From: the human T2T-CHM13v2.0 reference genome, Homo sapiens
DNA length: 64,000 nt
Reading direction: 5' to 3' (one strand)
Assembly: GCF_009914755.1 (NCBI RefSeq)
Contig: NC_060925.1
The notes under the pieces were generated by a model. It was not told where the DNA came from and searched no databases. It was given only the letters and a program-made list of their open reading frames with translations. The number at the start of each line of letters is the position of its first letter. Positions within the stretch are counted from its first letter, which is position 1. Made by a program: the position numbers and the translations under genes. Positions 39,764-51,950 of the stretch are shown in pieces.

Positions 39764-41867
39764 TTACAGGTGACTCAGTCAGACAGACAAAACTAACATA
39801 ACGAAAGAAGAGACAATTTAAAACCAAACCCTCACTAAACAAAAATTGAGAGAAGGGGACTTGAGTGATCAGACAGAATTAATATATTTAAAGAAAACTG
39901 CAGGGAATGGCCTGAGAATTAAGAAATCCTCAAAAACATTTAAACAGTCACAACCAATGTTAATTAAGATCAAGATCGTATTGCGTAAGTGATTTTGAAT
40001 CCATTTTATAAATATTATATTACATTAGAACTTATTAAGTAATTTTCAAGCTATGACTTTTAATTGCTGCCAGGAATTCCATCATATGGGCATATCTTAT
40101 TTTTTCAATCCTTTCTTGTGGACAGTCATGTTTGATCAGCATTTAACTAGCATTCACATAATGTTGATGAATAATTCTTATATTGAATATTATGATATTT
40201 TTATATAGCCAAATAAATCACTCTTTTCTTTAATTGTGGGTTCTTCCTTTGCTTTTATCTTTGAGGTCTGGAATAATGGATGATTTTTAGATCATAGATG
40301 AGGATGATAACAGGTGTTCTGATTTAAGGAAAAATCACATATGAAAATCAATTTCTACAAGAGATTAAACTGAACAAATTCTTCATTTTATATAACTGAT
40401 TTCCCACAATATCTCTAACTACAGATGTGCTGAAGATATAATTCCATTTTTAACAATTTGTTATATACATTTTAGTGGATAAACTTGGGTTGATAGGTAC
40501 ATTGAATTTATTTCACCTTAAATTAGATACATTTTCTAAAGGTAAAATTAATTATCACAGATACTGTAAATATTTGAGTATTTTAAGTGGATTTTATTAA
40601 TATGCTGCAGAGTATTCTACATCAACATTATGTTTAAAAACTATTTTAAGAATTTCCACACTGGCATCCACAGACCAAATGATTTGTATCCAGCATATCA
40701 GAAATTCAGATGATAAGGTTTTATTGAAATATAAATTATTCTTATAAATAGAGAGATTAAGTATTTCCAGGGTGAAAATGGATTGCTGCCACGCTTTCTC
40801 TGGTATTGTAAGTATTCTGTTTCCTTTAAAGATTTAATATTTTTCCAAGTGCAGCTGTATGAAAAAGCTGAAGTGCAGCATTTCCTGAGGAACCATTTGT
40901 CACTTACCTACATTTACCGTGTTTACTGTCCTCTGTGTATTGCTAAACTTCACTTTTAATAGGAGAAAATTGGCCTTAAACGGGGAGCAGTATTTTACTG
41001 CTGAGCAAGAAACTATTTGTATTCCTCTTTCAAACCCTGCCTTAGAAGCATGTAGAATGCTTCTTGACCAAAGGAGATGGTATGAATATTCATGTGTTTT
41101 ATGAATCACAGAGTTGAGTCCGTATGGTTTTCCCATTTATCAATTACCGGTTTAGGATTATCCAGCTGAAGAGTTGAACTGATTAACAACGCTCTTTTTG
41201 TTTGCTCGGTGTTGAGGTGAAACAGCCCAGTGACAACTGTATTATTTCTTGCCTCTTCAGCTGTCCACACTTGTGCAAGAAGCTTAACATCCTGTCAGGT
41301 TTCATCATGTATCCTCTTTATTACCACGTTGTGAGAATTTGTATAGTTGTAAATCAGAATGACTTTTTAAAGTTTAATTTCTCATTGCAGAAAAGACCCC
41401 ATGGTTACTATGCCTAACAAGCATGGCTAATCATGCCCATCATAAATGATCTCAGGTATGCTTGGCATCTGACTGGAAAATTAAAGTTTTAAAAGTTAAT
41501 GCTACAAGCAGTTGAGAATAGCAGCTGCAGTGAGAACTCGGCTGTTACAGAGAAGGTGGAATTAATCAGACAAACACAAACTCACCTTGATTGACGAAGC
41601 TAGCATATTTAGTTTGGTTTCGTTTTACATTTGTTTTTGATTTTCTTTCATTTTTCCTCTAACAGCCTATCTGAATTCTTATTTAAAATGTCACTGGGAG
41701 ATTTCTTCTGGGACTGCTACTACTGATACTAAAATTAAAAAACAAAACAACAACAACAACGAAACCAGCAAACGCAGAATCTTTTTGTGGTTTGAGAACT
41801 CTGCTTTGCAGAAACTCAAAATTCTAAACTCTCTTTGAAAAAAGAAAAAAATGTACTAACAGGATTG

Positions 41868-41950
41868 ATCTCTCTCTCTCTCTCTCCCCCTCTCTCTCTA
41901 ACTTTCTCCCCCACTCCCTCCTTCAGCTCCCCCATTTCCCCTTCCTTCAT
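41868..41950. repeat. (CT)n / polypyrimidine tract
   Basis: Seen directly. Confidence 0.8.
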
Positions 41951-43799
41951 GTTTACTTTCATTAGTATGCAATGGTACCTTTTAATGGGATAGCGTGGAA
42001 ATAAGCAAAGCTTGAAAGGGCTTTCTTAAGTATATTTTCACTTTAAATGCTTAAGTGGCAATCTTTTTCCAGTGAACAATGAGCCTGCTGGTCTGCTATT
42101 TAGCAGCTTAGATTTAGATCCAAACTTTTCTTTTGCACTGTTACATATTGATTCTCCCTTTATCCCTTTTTCTGTTTCTCTGTGGTTTAGTTTTCTGTCT
42201 TTGAGTTCTTCTATTTCAGTTTGTGTGTATATAAACATGCTCATGCTTTGTTCTCTTTTTCAGTGATGGGCAGCCAGCTTCAAAGCCATAGAATGCTACA
42301 TTTTGAAGAATATTTCAGTTATTGCTACATTTTTCTTTTATTGTGAATACAAAGGGTATCAAGCTGCCCCTACGATTTGCTAAATATCTCAGTGCAGTCT
42401 CAATTTGCTGTCATTTAGTTCTTTCTTCACTGAATCCAACTTTTACTATTAACCTATTTGGAAAAGAGCCAGAAAGGAGAGAAAGAGGGACTGCCCTGCA
42501 CTTCAGTTGTTTAAAACTAACACCTCTGCCCTAGTGTGGAAGAATCTAATTTTCTCTGTGAATCTCAACTACACAAGAGGCAAGTTAGCACCTTTAACAC
42601 TAAGGAATCGCTCAAACTGCTTTTGCTGACAGTCTGAGTGATTGAATCATTTACCCTACAAAACAAAACTGATAAACAAATCTACATATTTTAAGTGGGT
42701 GTAAAAGAAGTCTATAGTTTGGGAAAACAAACTGAACTTTTGGGGGTGGGGAAGTTAATTTGCCATGTAGGATGCTATCACATCAAAACAGACTATGCTT
42801 TTAAATTTTTTCTCTCAGATCCAAGCCTATCATTCCATGCAGAGAGCGTGGCTTTGGCTGTCTGAGATTCTGAAAATTCTGTTTGTGAAGCAATGAACAG
42901 TGTCAAATTCTTTGTTCAACATTCTGAACAGCAAGTCTCACACTGTAAATTCTGTTTTTCTGGTTTCTAAATCCTGAGTGGTTGCATGCAATATACATGT
43001 GGATGGAGATTAGAAAGATTCCGTCTGCATAAGTTCTTACTCTTTGTAAGGCGTGTGCTTTTTTCAGTGAGTGTGACCCAAGTATATCCATGCTCATTTT
43101 TTTTTTCTGATGAGTGAGTTAAATTGTTTGATTTACATTTTATCAAATACACTTTCAACATGTACCTTCTCCAAAACTCTAACACTGCATCTCATTCTGC
43201 TTTAGATTTGGTATATTCTAGATCACAATATAGCCAAAAAAAGATTATGTATTCATTACCAAAATAAACTGAACAAAAGACAAGAATAGATAAATGAATG
43301 TGTAAGAGAGAAAAATAACGCATTTTATCTTTCAATTTTATGTCTTCACTGCTAAGGTTGTTTTCCAATAAGGTGGATCTCTCACTTATTCTATCATCCT
43401 CCTTTCTCATACACTTTAGTCTTCAGTTCATTTTCTTTCCATATTCCAGCTCATATGCAAAAATATCAATGGCAAGAATTCTATATAGCTATACTGCCAT
43501 ATTTATAATTCAAAATCTTGTCAATTCTAGTCACTGATTCAGCTGCTTAGGCTGAAAAATAATGTATAATATTCTTAAAATTTTCTGCATGGTGATTGCA
43601 ACTTTAGAGAAAGCTGCATTCAGCAGACAACCAACAGAAAAAGTTGGCTTAAGATTTTTAAATTCACTAAGTTATAAATGCACAATCATAAACAGGTAAG
43701 TCAGGACAAATATAAAATCAACCTGAAGTATGAAACCAAATATCTAAAAATAATATAAATATTTTGTCTCTATTTGTACAAATTGAGTATTTACTCAGT

Positions 43800-43940
43800 C
43801 CCTTTTTAAGTAGACTTTATTTTTTAAAGCAATTTTATGTTTACAGCAAAATTGAACAGAAAGTGCAGAAAGTTTCCATATGCCTCACTGTCCACAAACA
43901 TCAACAGCCTGCACTGAAGTGGCACCTTTGTTACAACATA
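43800..43940 (-). mobile_element. L1MC-like 3' end fragment
   Basis: 'tagactttattttttaaagcaattttatgtttacagcaaaattgaacagaaagtgcagaaagtttccata'. Confidence 0.7.
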
Positions 43941-46900
43941 CCTTTTTATTTGTTAGTGAAAAGAGATGACTCTCAAGTGTTGAATCCTTTAACACTATGG
44001 GTCAAAAATCCCATTTTTAGCTTAAGTCTCAAGTCTTGCTAGAATGCATTATTTCAAGAGACAAGTCATCTTTCAGTGCTGCTAAATACATAATACTAAA
44101 TTAGTTACCGAAAACATACTGTGTTCAGTGTATAACACAGAAGGGATGCTAAAAGTAACAACTCAGAGAAGGTGTCAACAGAAGCACTAGTTGATTTGTA
44201 GATGTAAATTGGCAAATGCCTCACCAGGGGTAAATGCTGGAGATACAGTACAGCCATCATTGAGACTTCTCCTCCCTCTACTCTTGGCAGTAGTTCCTAC
44301 TTACAGGTAGACAAAATTCCAGACGTACTCATTTCAACATTCAAGCCCTGCTTCCTCAATCTGCTTCCTAGTGAGACTATTGAAATTGAAGCGCTACAGA
44401 GAAAATAGAACTTGTCATTTCAAAAGTCTTATAATGAATTAAACTGTTTTTTAAGCCAAACAAATCCTAATATTCTAGTGCAAGAAAATACAAAGAGACT
44501 TAAGAGCAGACTAAATTATCTAAAAGAGATGCTAATTAGGAATAATAAATGCTTGAATAGCCTAGGCTTTTTTGGGCTATCATAAGATTATAAACATGCG
44601 ATTCTGTAAAGTCAAATGATGGATCTTTCTAGTAGTAATTCCATTATGAATACCAATTCTGAGTATTAAATGCAGCGTGCTGCAGGCGCTTGCTAAGCTC
44701 ATGAATCAGTAAGATTTCTTTCCTATTTGGCCATCCAGCTCTTGAATAGTAAATACAAAAGCCTTAAAAACCTGGGTTCCACAAGACTTCATTGTATTGG
44801 AGACAGATGTATTTCTTTTAATGAATCAGGACTACGAGTATTGATTCTATCAAAGAGTTCTGGGAACATTAACAGAAAAGAGATTTCTTATGACATCATG
44901 TCCCTCAACATAATATTTATGTATAATCCATGTGGACCATGTATATTTTATACAATTATTGATGAGAAAAGGGACCCCTTTAAGCCTTTACTCATTAAAT
45001 GATGTTTCTCCACCATCCTCTTATCTTGCTGCTCTGAGGCTTCTCTAAGTGGTTGCTGGTGGTGATCTACTCTGCCTTTCTCTGCAAGCATCTTCTCTGC
45101 TTCAAGAATTCTTCCCAAAGCCGGTTCTTACTGTGATTGCCTCATTGCTTTTGCCCGTATAGCCCTCGGCATCCTACCCCCACAAACTATTTACAAATAA
45201 TTGTTCTTTAAGAGTCAGTTAAGCATTCACCATGCTCTTGCTTTGCAGGAAAATTGGCAGTAAAGTAGAAAAGCTGATGCCATCATCAAATATTATAACA
45301 CACTTCTGAATGGAGTTTTCAATTTCAAGGCCAACAATATATAGCTAAGAATAAGTTGTTACTTTTTGTACTTCTTGAAACTACTTTATCATTGCTCAAT
45401 ATTTATTGAGCACTAGTGTTATTGGAGTCAATTTTATAACAATTTATTTCTATCCATTTTTCTCTTAATCATTTTTTTAATTTTGGATAGGAACATTTAC
45501 ATTTCAACCCTGACACACAAAAATTACTTTATAAATATTTGGTGTGTGGGTGCATGAGGAAAAGGTTTCCTTTCGGCATTTGTGGTTTTTCTCTTCACAA
45601 ATAAAATATTTAATGAAATAAGGATGGAGCAGCATGACCAAATTCATATGCACAACATATTTGGGTGTTGCTATTCCTTTAAGCATTGAATAATTTTTTT
45701 TCTTCCAGTGTTTACAAAACAGTAACAGGTTTTTTTTTTATCTTGGCATAATGTTGTCAAACAATAAAAGAGTGTGGAAAAGAAAAGGGGAGCCTTTTTT
45801 CATAGTGGTGATCTGACAGAAGAAGGGATTGGTGGTTTCAATCTGTGTGCTACTCGATTGAAGGCAGACAGTTACTTAGGGAACATTACGTGTGGTTTGA
45901 ATGGCTAAGAATAGATGTGTTCAAAGCACAGATATCAATGTCTTAAAAGCCACTCCTGGGATAGACAACAGCTTCTTCTTTAAGCCACTTAATTTTTTGT
46001 CTGGAAATTAATATTTCATTATTCCTTGGAGCACCTGACATGGTCTTTATGGTTTGAAGATGTGCAGCAACCACCATGCAACCTAATATTAAGTTGTGTC
46101 TTCAAAACCCATAGAGAGAAGGTGCTGGAACTAAATGCTTTGGCACATGACTAAAGTAATTAACTATGGTAGACAGATTTAATGCTATAATGGTTTATTT
46201 TAACCAAGAGCAAAAGTAGGGAGGGACAGGGCAGGAGAAAGGATGGCTGCAGTCAGAAAGTTAAAAATTAAATAAATAAATGTCAGTGTTGCCTATGTCA
46301 GGAACAGCGGCTCCCTGCTACTTTCTGAACTATCATGTTCAAAGATGTTGATTTAGGCTCCTGCTGGTAAACATGCTTTTTTATAACCTCAACTCATCCA
46401 TATTTCACACAAGAGACTTCATAAAAGAGACAGATTTATAATTTTCTGTCACTGAATTCAAGATTACCAATTATTTCTTTATTGAAATTTTTGCATCCTT
46501 TACTAGAACAGGTATTCATAGCTTTATAGACCTTTTCTTTTTTTCTCAGTCACTCAATTTAGATTTATGAAGCCTAAGAGTTTTCTCCTGCAGCAACTCG
46601 CAAAAACATTCTACTTCAAATACGCAGTGCCTCAATCAATGTAATTATTTCCAGGAACAAGCCACAAGTTTTAGAATTTATATGCTTTAATAATTCTATA
46701 TTCTTGGAATGTGTAATGATTATGCATGAATGAAAAATAAGGATTTTTGAGGACAAAATATATGGGAATATTTAAAGTTCACTTTGTAGATTAATTGGAC
46801 ATTCCTATTTAAAATTTTAACTTTTCTCTGTGTACCATTCAAGATTTAAAACTTTCCAAATTATTTCAATAGCATGCTTTCAGAACACTAATTATATTGA

Positions 46901-47746
46901 AGCATGAAGAAATGGCAGAGAATTTCAACCCAAATATTACGCAGTAGAACTGCAAAAATTAGGATAGGAAAGTCTAGGAAATGTGTGTTATCTTTTGACC
47001 CCAAGAGCTTAGGGACAGGGACTTCAAAGGCATAAATGACATGTCATATTATCTATAGGTGCTACACTCTATCATGTTGATGTAGTTTTATTTCTATGGT
47101 AGTTCTTATATGGTGGAATTTGTAGCGGTGTTAGAAAAATATGATCAGACAAATTTCCTGTATAATAGTCTGAGAAATGGCTAGAACATAGAGAAAAACT
47201 ACTTAACATATGACCTGAAGAAGCTGGCATTTCTTAGAAGGTTAAGAATGATCCTCTTCAGCCTGAAGAGATAAGTAGGGATCCCAAAGGAAGAGAGACA
47301 CAGGGTTAACCCAAACTTTGACTTTTGAAGATTGCAAAAGAGAGTAATTAGTTCCAAGTAGACACAGCACCTCTCTCAGCAGGGCACATGGGCCAACAAG
47401 CAGAGTGGAGGCTGGATGTCATCCCTCCAGCCACCAGGAGCACTGTGCCAGCACCCCCATGTGGAGCCATTTCATGCCACTCCTGCCTAGGTCTCAAGAA
47501 GCTCAGTAGGAAGGGCAGGTATAGAAAGTGAGACCCATACTCCTCCTTTTTTCAAACACTACTCCTGTTTCCCTACACACACCTTGACTATGAACTCATC
47601 ACTCAGAATGGTAATATTCAAAATTTGCTGAATAAATAAATAAAATAGGAACAGGTCACTATAAAAGCTAAAGAGGCACATGTAACTCTCAGAATGGAGG
47701 AATATTCAGATTTAATTCTATCTGTCTAGCTAAAGATTGCTTGCAT

Positions 47747-47952
47747 AGTGTCTGTTCATATCCTTCACCTACTTTTTGATGGGGTTGTTCGTTTTTTCTT
47801 GTAAATTTAAGTTCCTTGTAGATTCTGGATATTAGCTCTTTGTCAGATGGATAGATTGGAAAAAATTTCTCCCATTCTGTAGGTTGCCTGTTCACTCTGA
47901 TAATAGTTTCTTTTGCTGTGCAGAAGCTCTTTAGTTTAATTAGATCCCATTT
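47747..47952 (-). mobile_element. Inverted 5' segment of a twin-primed L1PA
   Basis: Antisense ORF2 sequence '[28 protein letters not shown]'; joined to the sense segment through 'cattt' microhomology. Confidence 0.92.
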
Positions 47953-48736
47953 ATGTGGCCAACAAACATATGAAAAACAGCTCATCATCACTGGTCATTA
48001 GAGAAATGCAAATCAAAACCACAATGAGATACCATCCCATACCAGTTAGAATAGTGATCATTAAAAAGTCAGAAAACAACAGATGCTGGAAGGGATGTGG
48101 AGAAATAGGAATGCTTTTACACTATTGGTGGGAGTGTAAATTAGTTCAACCTTTGTGGAAGACAGTATGGCAATTCCTCAAGGATCTACAACCAGGAATA
48201 CCATTTGACCCAGTAATCCCATTACTGGGTACATACCCAAAGGATTATAAATCACTCTACTATAAAGACACATGCCACGTATGTTTATTGCAGCACTATT
48301 CACAATAGCAAAGACTTGGAACCAACCCAAATGCCCATCAATGATAGACTGGATAAAGAAAATGTGGCACATATACACCATGGAATAATATGCAGCCATA
48401 AAAAAGGATGAGTTCACGTCCTTTGCAGGGACATGGATGAAGCTGAAAACCATCATTCTCAGAAACTAACACAGGAACAGAAAACCAAACACTGCATGTT
48501 CTCACTCATAAGTGGGCATTGAACAATGAGAAAACATGGACACAGGGAGAGGAACGTCACACACTGGGGCCTGCTGGAGGGTAGGAGGCTAGGGGAGGGA
48601 TAGCATTAGGATAAATACCTAATGTAGATGACGGGTTGATGGATGCACCAACCACCATGGCACATGTATACATATATAACAAACCTGCACATTCTGCACA
48701 TGAATCCCAGAACTTAGAGTATAATAATAAAAAAAA
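47948..48736 (+). mobile_element. L1PA (about PA7) 3' end, sense segment
   Basis: '[12 protein letters not shown]...[25 protein letters not shown]' ORF2 C-terminus, 3' UTR and A tail; TSD aaagattg (47732-47739 / 48734-48741). Confidence 0.95.
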
Positions 48737-48774
48737 GATTGTATATACTAAACATAAATGTTTATAGTTTATGT

Positions 48775-48863
48775 CAATAGCACTTGACACTTTCACTTTC
48801 AAGATTTTCATGTTGATCCTCACTACAGCCCAGTATGATAGACCAAGCCAGATATTTTCATAC
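48775..48863 (-). mobile_element. MIR, left part (split by HERV-H)
   Basis: 'atcctcactacagccc...' continues after the provirus as 'agttcagagaggttaagtggcttg'. Confidence 0.55.
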
Positions 48864-49316
48864 TGTCAGGCCTCTGAGCCCAAGCCAAGCCATCGCATCC
48901 CCTGTGACTTGCAGGTATACACCCAGATGGCCTGAAGTAACTGAAGAATCACAAAAGAAGTGAAAAGGCCCTGCCCCACCTTAACTGATGACATTCCACC
49001 ACAAAAGAAGTGTAAATGGCCGGTCCTTGCCTTAAGTGCTGACATTACCTTGTGAAAGTCCTTTTCCTGGCTCATCCTGGCTCAAAAAGCACCCCCACTG
49101 AGCACTTTGTGACCCCCACTCCTGCCCGCCAGAGAACAAATGTCCTTTGACTGTAATTTTCCTTTACCTACCCAAATCCTATAAAGTGGCCCCACCCTTA
49201 TCTCCCTTCACTGACTCTCTTTTCGGACTCAGCCCGCCTGCACCCAGGTGAAATAAACAGCCATGTTGTTCACACAAAGCCTGTTTGGTGGTCTCTTCAC
49301 ACAGGCGTGCATGAAA
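48864..49316 (+). promoter_or_regulatory. 5' LTR7 (promoter/enhancer)
   Basis: 'tgtcaggcctctgagcccaagcc...catgaaa'; TATA 'cctataaa' near 49180; AATAAA near 49252; two ACAAAAGA motifs. Confidence 0.95.
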
Positions 49317-49318
49317 TT

Positions 49319-49336
49319 TGGTGCCATGACTTGGCT
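49319..49336 (+). other. Primer-binding site, tRNA-His
   Basis: tggtgccatgacttggct versus TGGTGCCGTGACTCGGAT (15/18; two of the mismatches are CpG transitions). Confidence 0.9.
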
Positions 49337-49917
49337 CCGGGGACCTCCCTTGGGAGATCAATCCCCTGTCCTCCTGTTCTTTGCTCCATGAGAAAGATCC
49401 ACCTACAACCTCAGGTCCTCAGACCGACCAGCCAAAGAAACATCTCACCAATTTCAAATCTGGTAAGCAGCCTCTTTTTACTCTCTTCAACCTCCCTCAT
49501 TATCCCTCAACCTCTTTCTCCTTTCAATCTTGGTGCCACACTTCAATCTCTCCCTTCTCTTAATTTCAATTCATTTCATTTTATGGTAGAGACAAAGGAA
49601 ACACGTTTTATCCGTGGACCCAAAACTCCGGTGCCAGTCACGGACTGGGAAGGCAGCCTTCCCTTGGTGTTAATCATTGCAGGGATGCCTCTCTGATTAT
49701 TCCCCCACATTTCAAGGTGTCAGACCATGCAGGGACTCCTGCCTTGGTCCTTCACCCTTAGCGGCAAGTCCCACTTTTCTGGGGAAGGGCAAGTACCCCA
49801 ACCCCTTCTCTCCTTGTCTCTACCCCTTCTCTGCTTTTCTGGGGGAGGGGCAAGTACCCCTCAACCCCTGCTCCTTCACCCTTTGTGGCAAGTCCTGCTT
49901 TTCTATGGGGCAAGAAC

Positions 49918-50184
49918 CCCCAATCCCTTATTTCTGCACCTCAACCTCTTATCTCTGCACCCCAATCCCTTATTTCCACACCCCAACCTCGTATCTCTGT
50001 GCCCCAATCCCTTATTTCCACGCCCCAAACTCTTATATCTCTGAGCCCCAATCCCTTATTTCTGTGCCGCAACCTCTTATATCTCTGTGCCCCAATCCCT
50101 TATTTCTGTGCCCCGACCTCTTATTTCTGTGCCCCATCCCTTATTTCCACGCCCCGACCTCTTATCTCTGTGCCCCAACCCCTT
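49918..50184 (+). repeat. HERV-H leader minisatellite: 12 units of about 21 bp in A/B alternation
   Basis: Units 'ccccaatcccttatttcYRYR' alternate with 'ccccaacctcttatctctgtg'. Confidence 0.9.
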
Positions 50185-50349
50185 TTACCACTTTTCTGGA
50201 AGGTAAGAACCCCCGAACCCCTTCCCTCCATTTCTCTACTCTCTTTTCTCTAGGCTTGCTTCCTTCACTATGGGCAACCTTCCACCCTCCATTCCTCCTT
50301 CTACTCCCTTGGCCTGTGTTCTCAAAAACTTAAAACCTCTTCAACTCAC

Positions 50350-51500
50350 ACCTGACCTAAAACCTAAATGCCTTATTTTCTACTGCAATGCCACTTGATT
50401 CCAATACAAACTCCACAGTAGTTCCAAATAGCCAGAAAATGGCACTTTGAATTTTTCCATCCTGCAAGATCTAAATAATTCTGGTCGTAAAATAGGCAAA
50501 CGGTCTGAGGTGCCTGACGTCCAGGCATTCTTTTACACATCAGTCTCCCTTCCTAGTCTCTGTGCCCCGTGCAACTCGTCCCACATCTTCCTTCTTTCCC
50601 TCCCACCTGTCCTCTTAGTACCAACCCCAAGCGTCGCTGAGTCTTTCTAATCTTCCTTTTCTACAGACCCATCTGACCTCTCCCCTCCTCCCCAGGCTGC
50701 TCCTCGCCAGGCCAAGCTATGTCCCAATTCTTCCTCAGCCTCTGCTCCTCCACCCTGTAATCTTTTTATCACCTCCCCTCCTCACACCTGGTCTGGCTTA
50801 CAGTTTCGTTCCGTGACCAGCCCTCCCCCTCCTGCCCAGCAATTTACTCTTAAAAAGGTGGCTGGAGCTAAAGGCATAGTCAAGGTTAATGCTCCTTTTT
50901 CTTTATCCCAAATCAGATAGCGTTTAGGCTCTTTTTCATCAAATATAAAAACCCAGCCCAGTTCATGGCTCGTTCGGCAGCAACCCTGAGACACTTTACA
51001 GCCCTAGTCCCTAAAAGGTCAAAAGGCCGTCTTATTCTTAAAATACATTTTATTACCCAATCTGCTCCTGACATTAAATAGAACTCCAAAAATTAAATTC
51101 CAGCCCTCAAACCCCACAACAGAATTTAATTAACCTCGCCTTCAAGGTGTACAATAATAGAAAAATGTTGCAATTCCTTGCCTCCACTGTGAGACAAACC
51201 CCAGCCACATCTCCAGCACACAAGAACTTCCAAACGCCTGAACCGCAGCGGCCAGGAGTTCCTCCAGAACCTCCTCCCACAGGAGCTTGCTACACATGCC
51301 GGAAATCTGGCCACTGGGCCAAGGAATGCCCGCAGCCCAGGATTCCTCCTAAGCCACGTCCCATCTGTGCGGGACCCCACTGAAAATCGGACTGTTCAAC
51401 TCACCTGGCAGCCATTCCCAGAGCCCCTGGAACTCTGGCCCAAGGCTCTCTGACTGACTCCTTCCCAGATCTTCTCAGTTTAGCAGCTGAAGACTGACAC
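50350..51500 (+). pseudogene. gag: HERV-H gag remnant
   Basis: CCHC knuckle CYTCRKSGHWAKEC at 51288-51329; second knuckle broken (RPICAGPH*KSDC); multiple stops. Confidence 0.85.
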
Positions 51501-51549
51501 TGCCCAATCGCCTCGGAAGCCCCCTAGACCATCACGGACACCGAGCTTC

Positions 51550-51950
51550 GGGTAACTCTCACAGTGGAAGGTAAGCCCGTCCCCTTCTTAATCAATACGG
51601 AGGCTACCCACTCCACATTACCTTCTTTTCAAGGGCCTGTTTCCCTTGCCTCGATAACTATTTTAGGTATTGACGGCCAGGCTTCTAAACCTCTTAAAAC
51701 TCCCCAACTCTGGTGCCAACTTAGACAATACTCTTTTAAGCTCTCCTTTTAGTTATCCCCACCTGCCCAGTTCCCTTATTAGGCTGAGACACTTTAACTA
51801 AATTATCTGCTTCCCTGACTATTCCTGTATTACAGCCACATCTCATTGCCGCCCTTCTCCCCAACCCAAAGCCTCCTTCGCGTCTTCCTCTCCTATCCCC
51901 CGACCTTAACCCACAAGTATGGGACATCTCTACTCCTTCCCTGGCAACCG
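51550..51950 (+). pseudogene. pro: HERV-H protease remnant
   Basis: 'PVPFLINTEATHSTL' is the LxDTGA motif degenerated to INTEA; frameshifted. Confidence 0.85.

Noticed and set aside
44945-45130. Protein-like minus-strand frame (EPALGRILEAEKMLAEKGRVDHHQQPLREASEQQDKR...)
   Set aside because: Short, bounded by stops, no convincing splice sites, no recognised homology.
49677-50333. 218-aa Pro-rich ORF
   Set aside because: Produced by translating the C-rich HERV-H leader minisatellite; non-ATG start.
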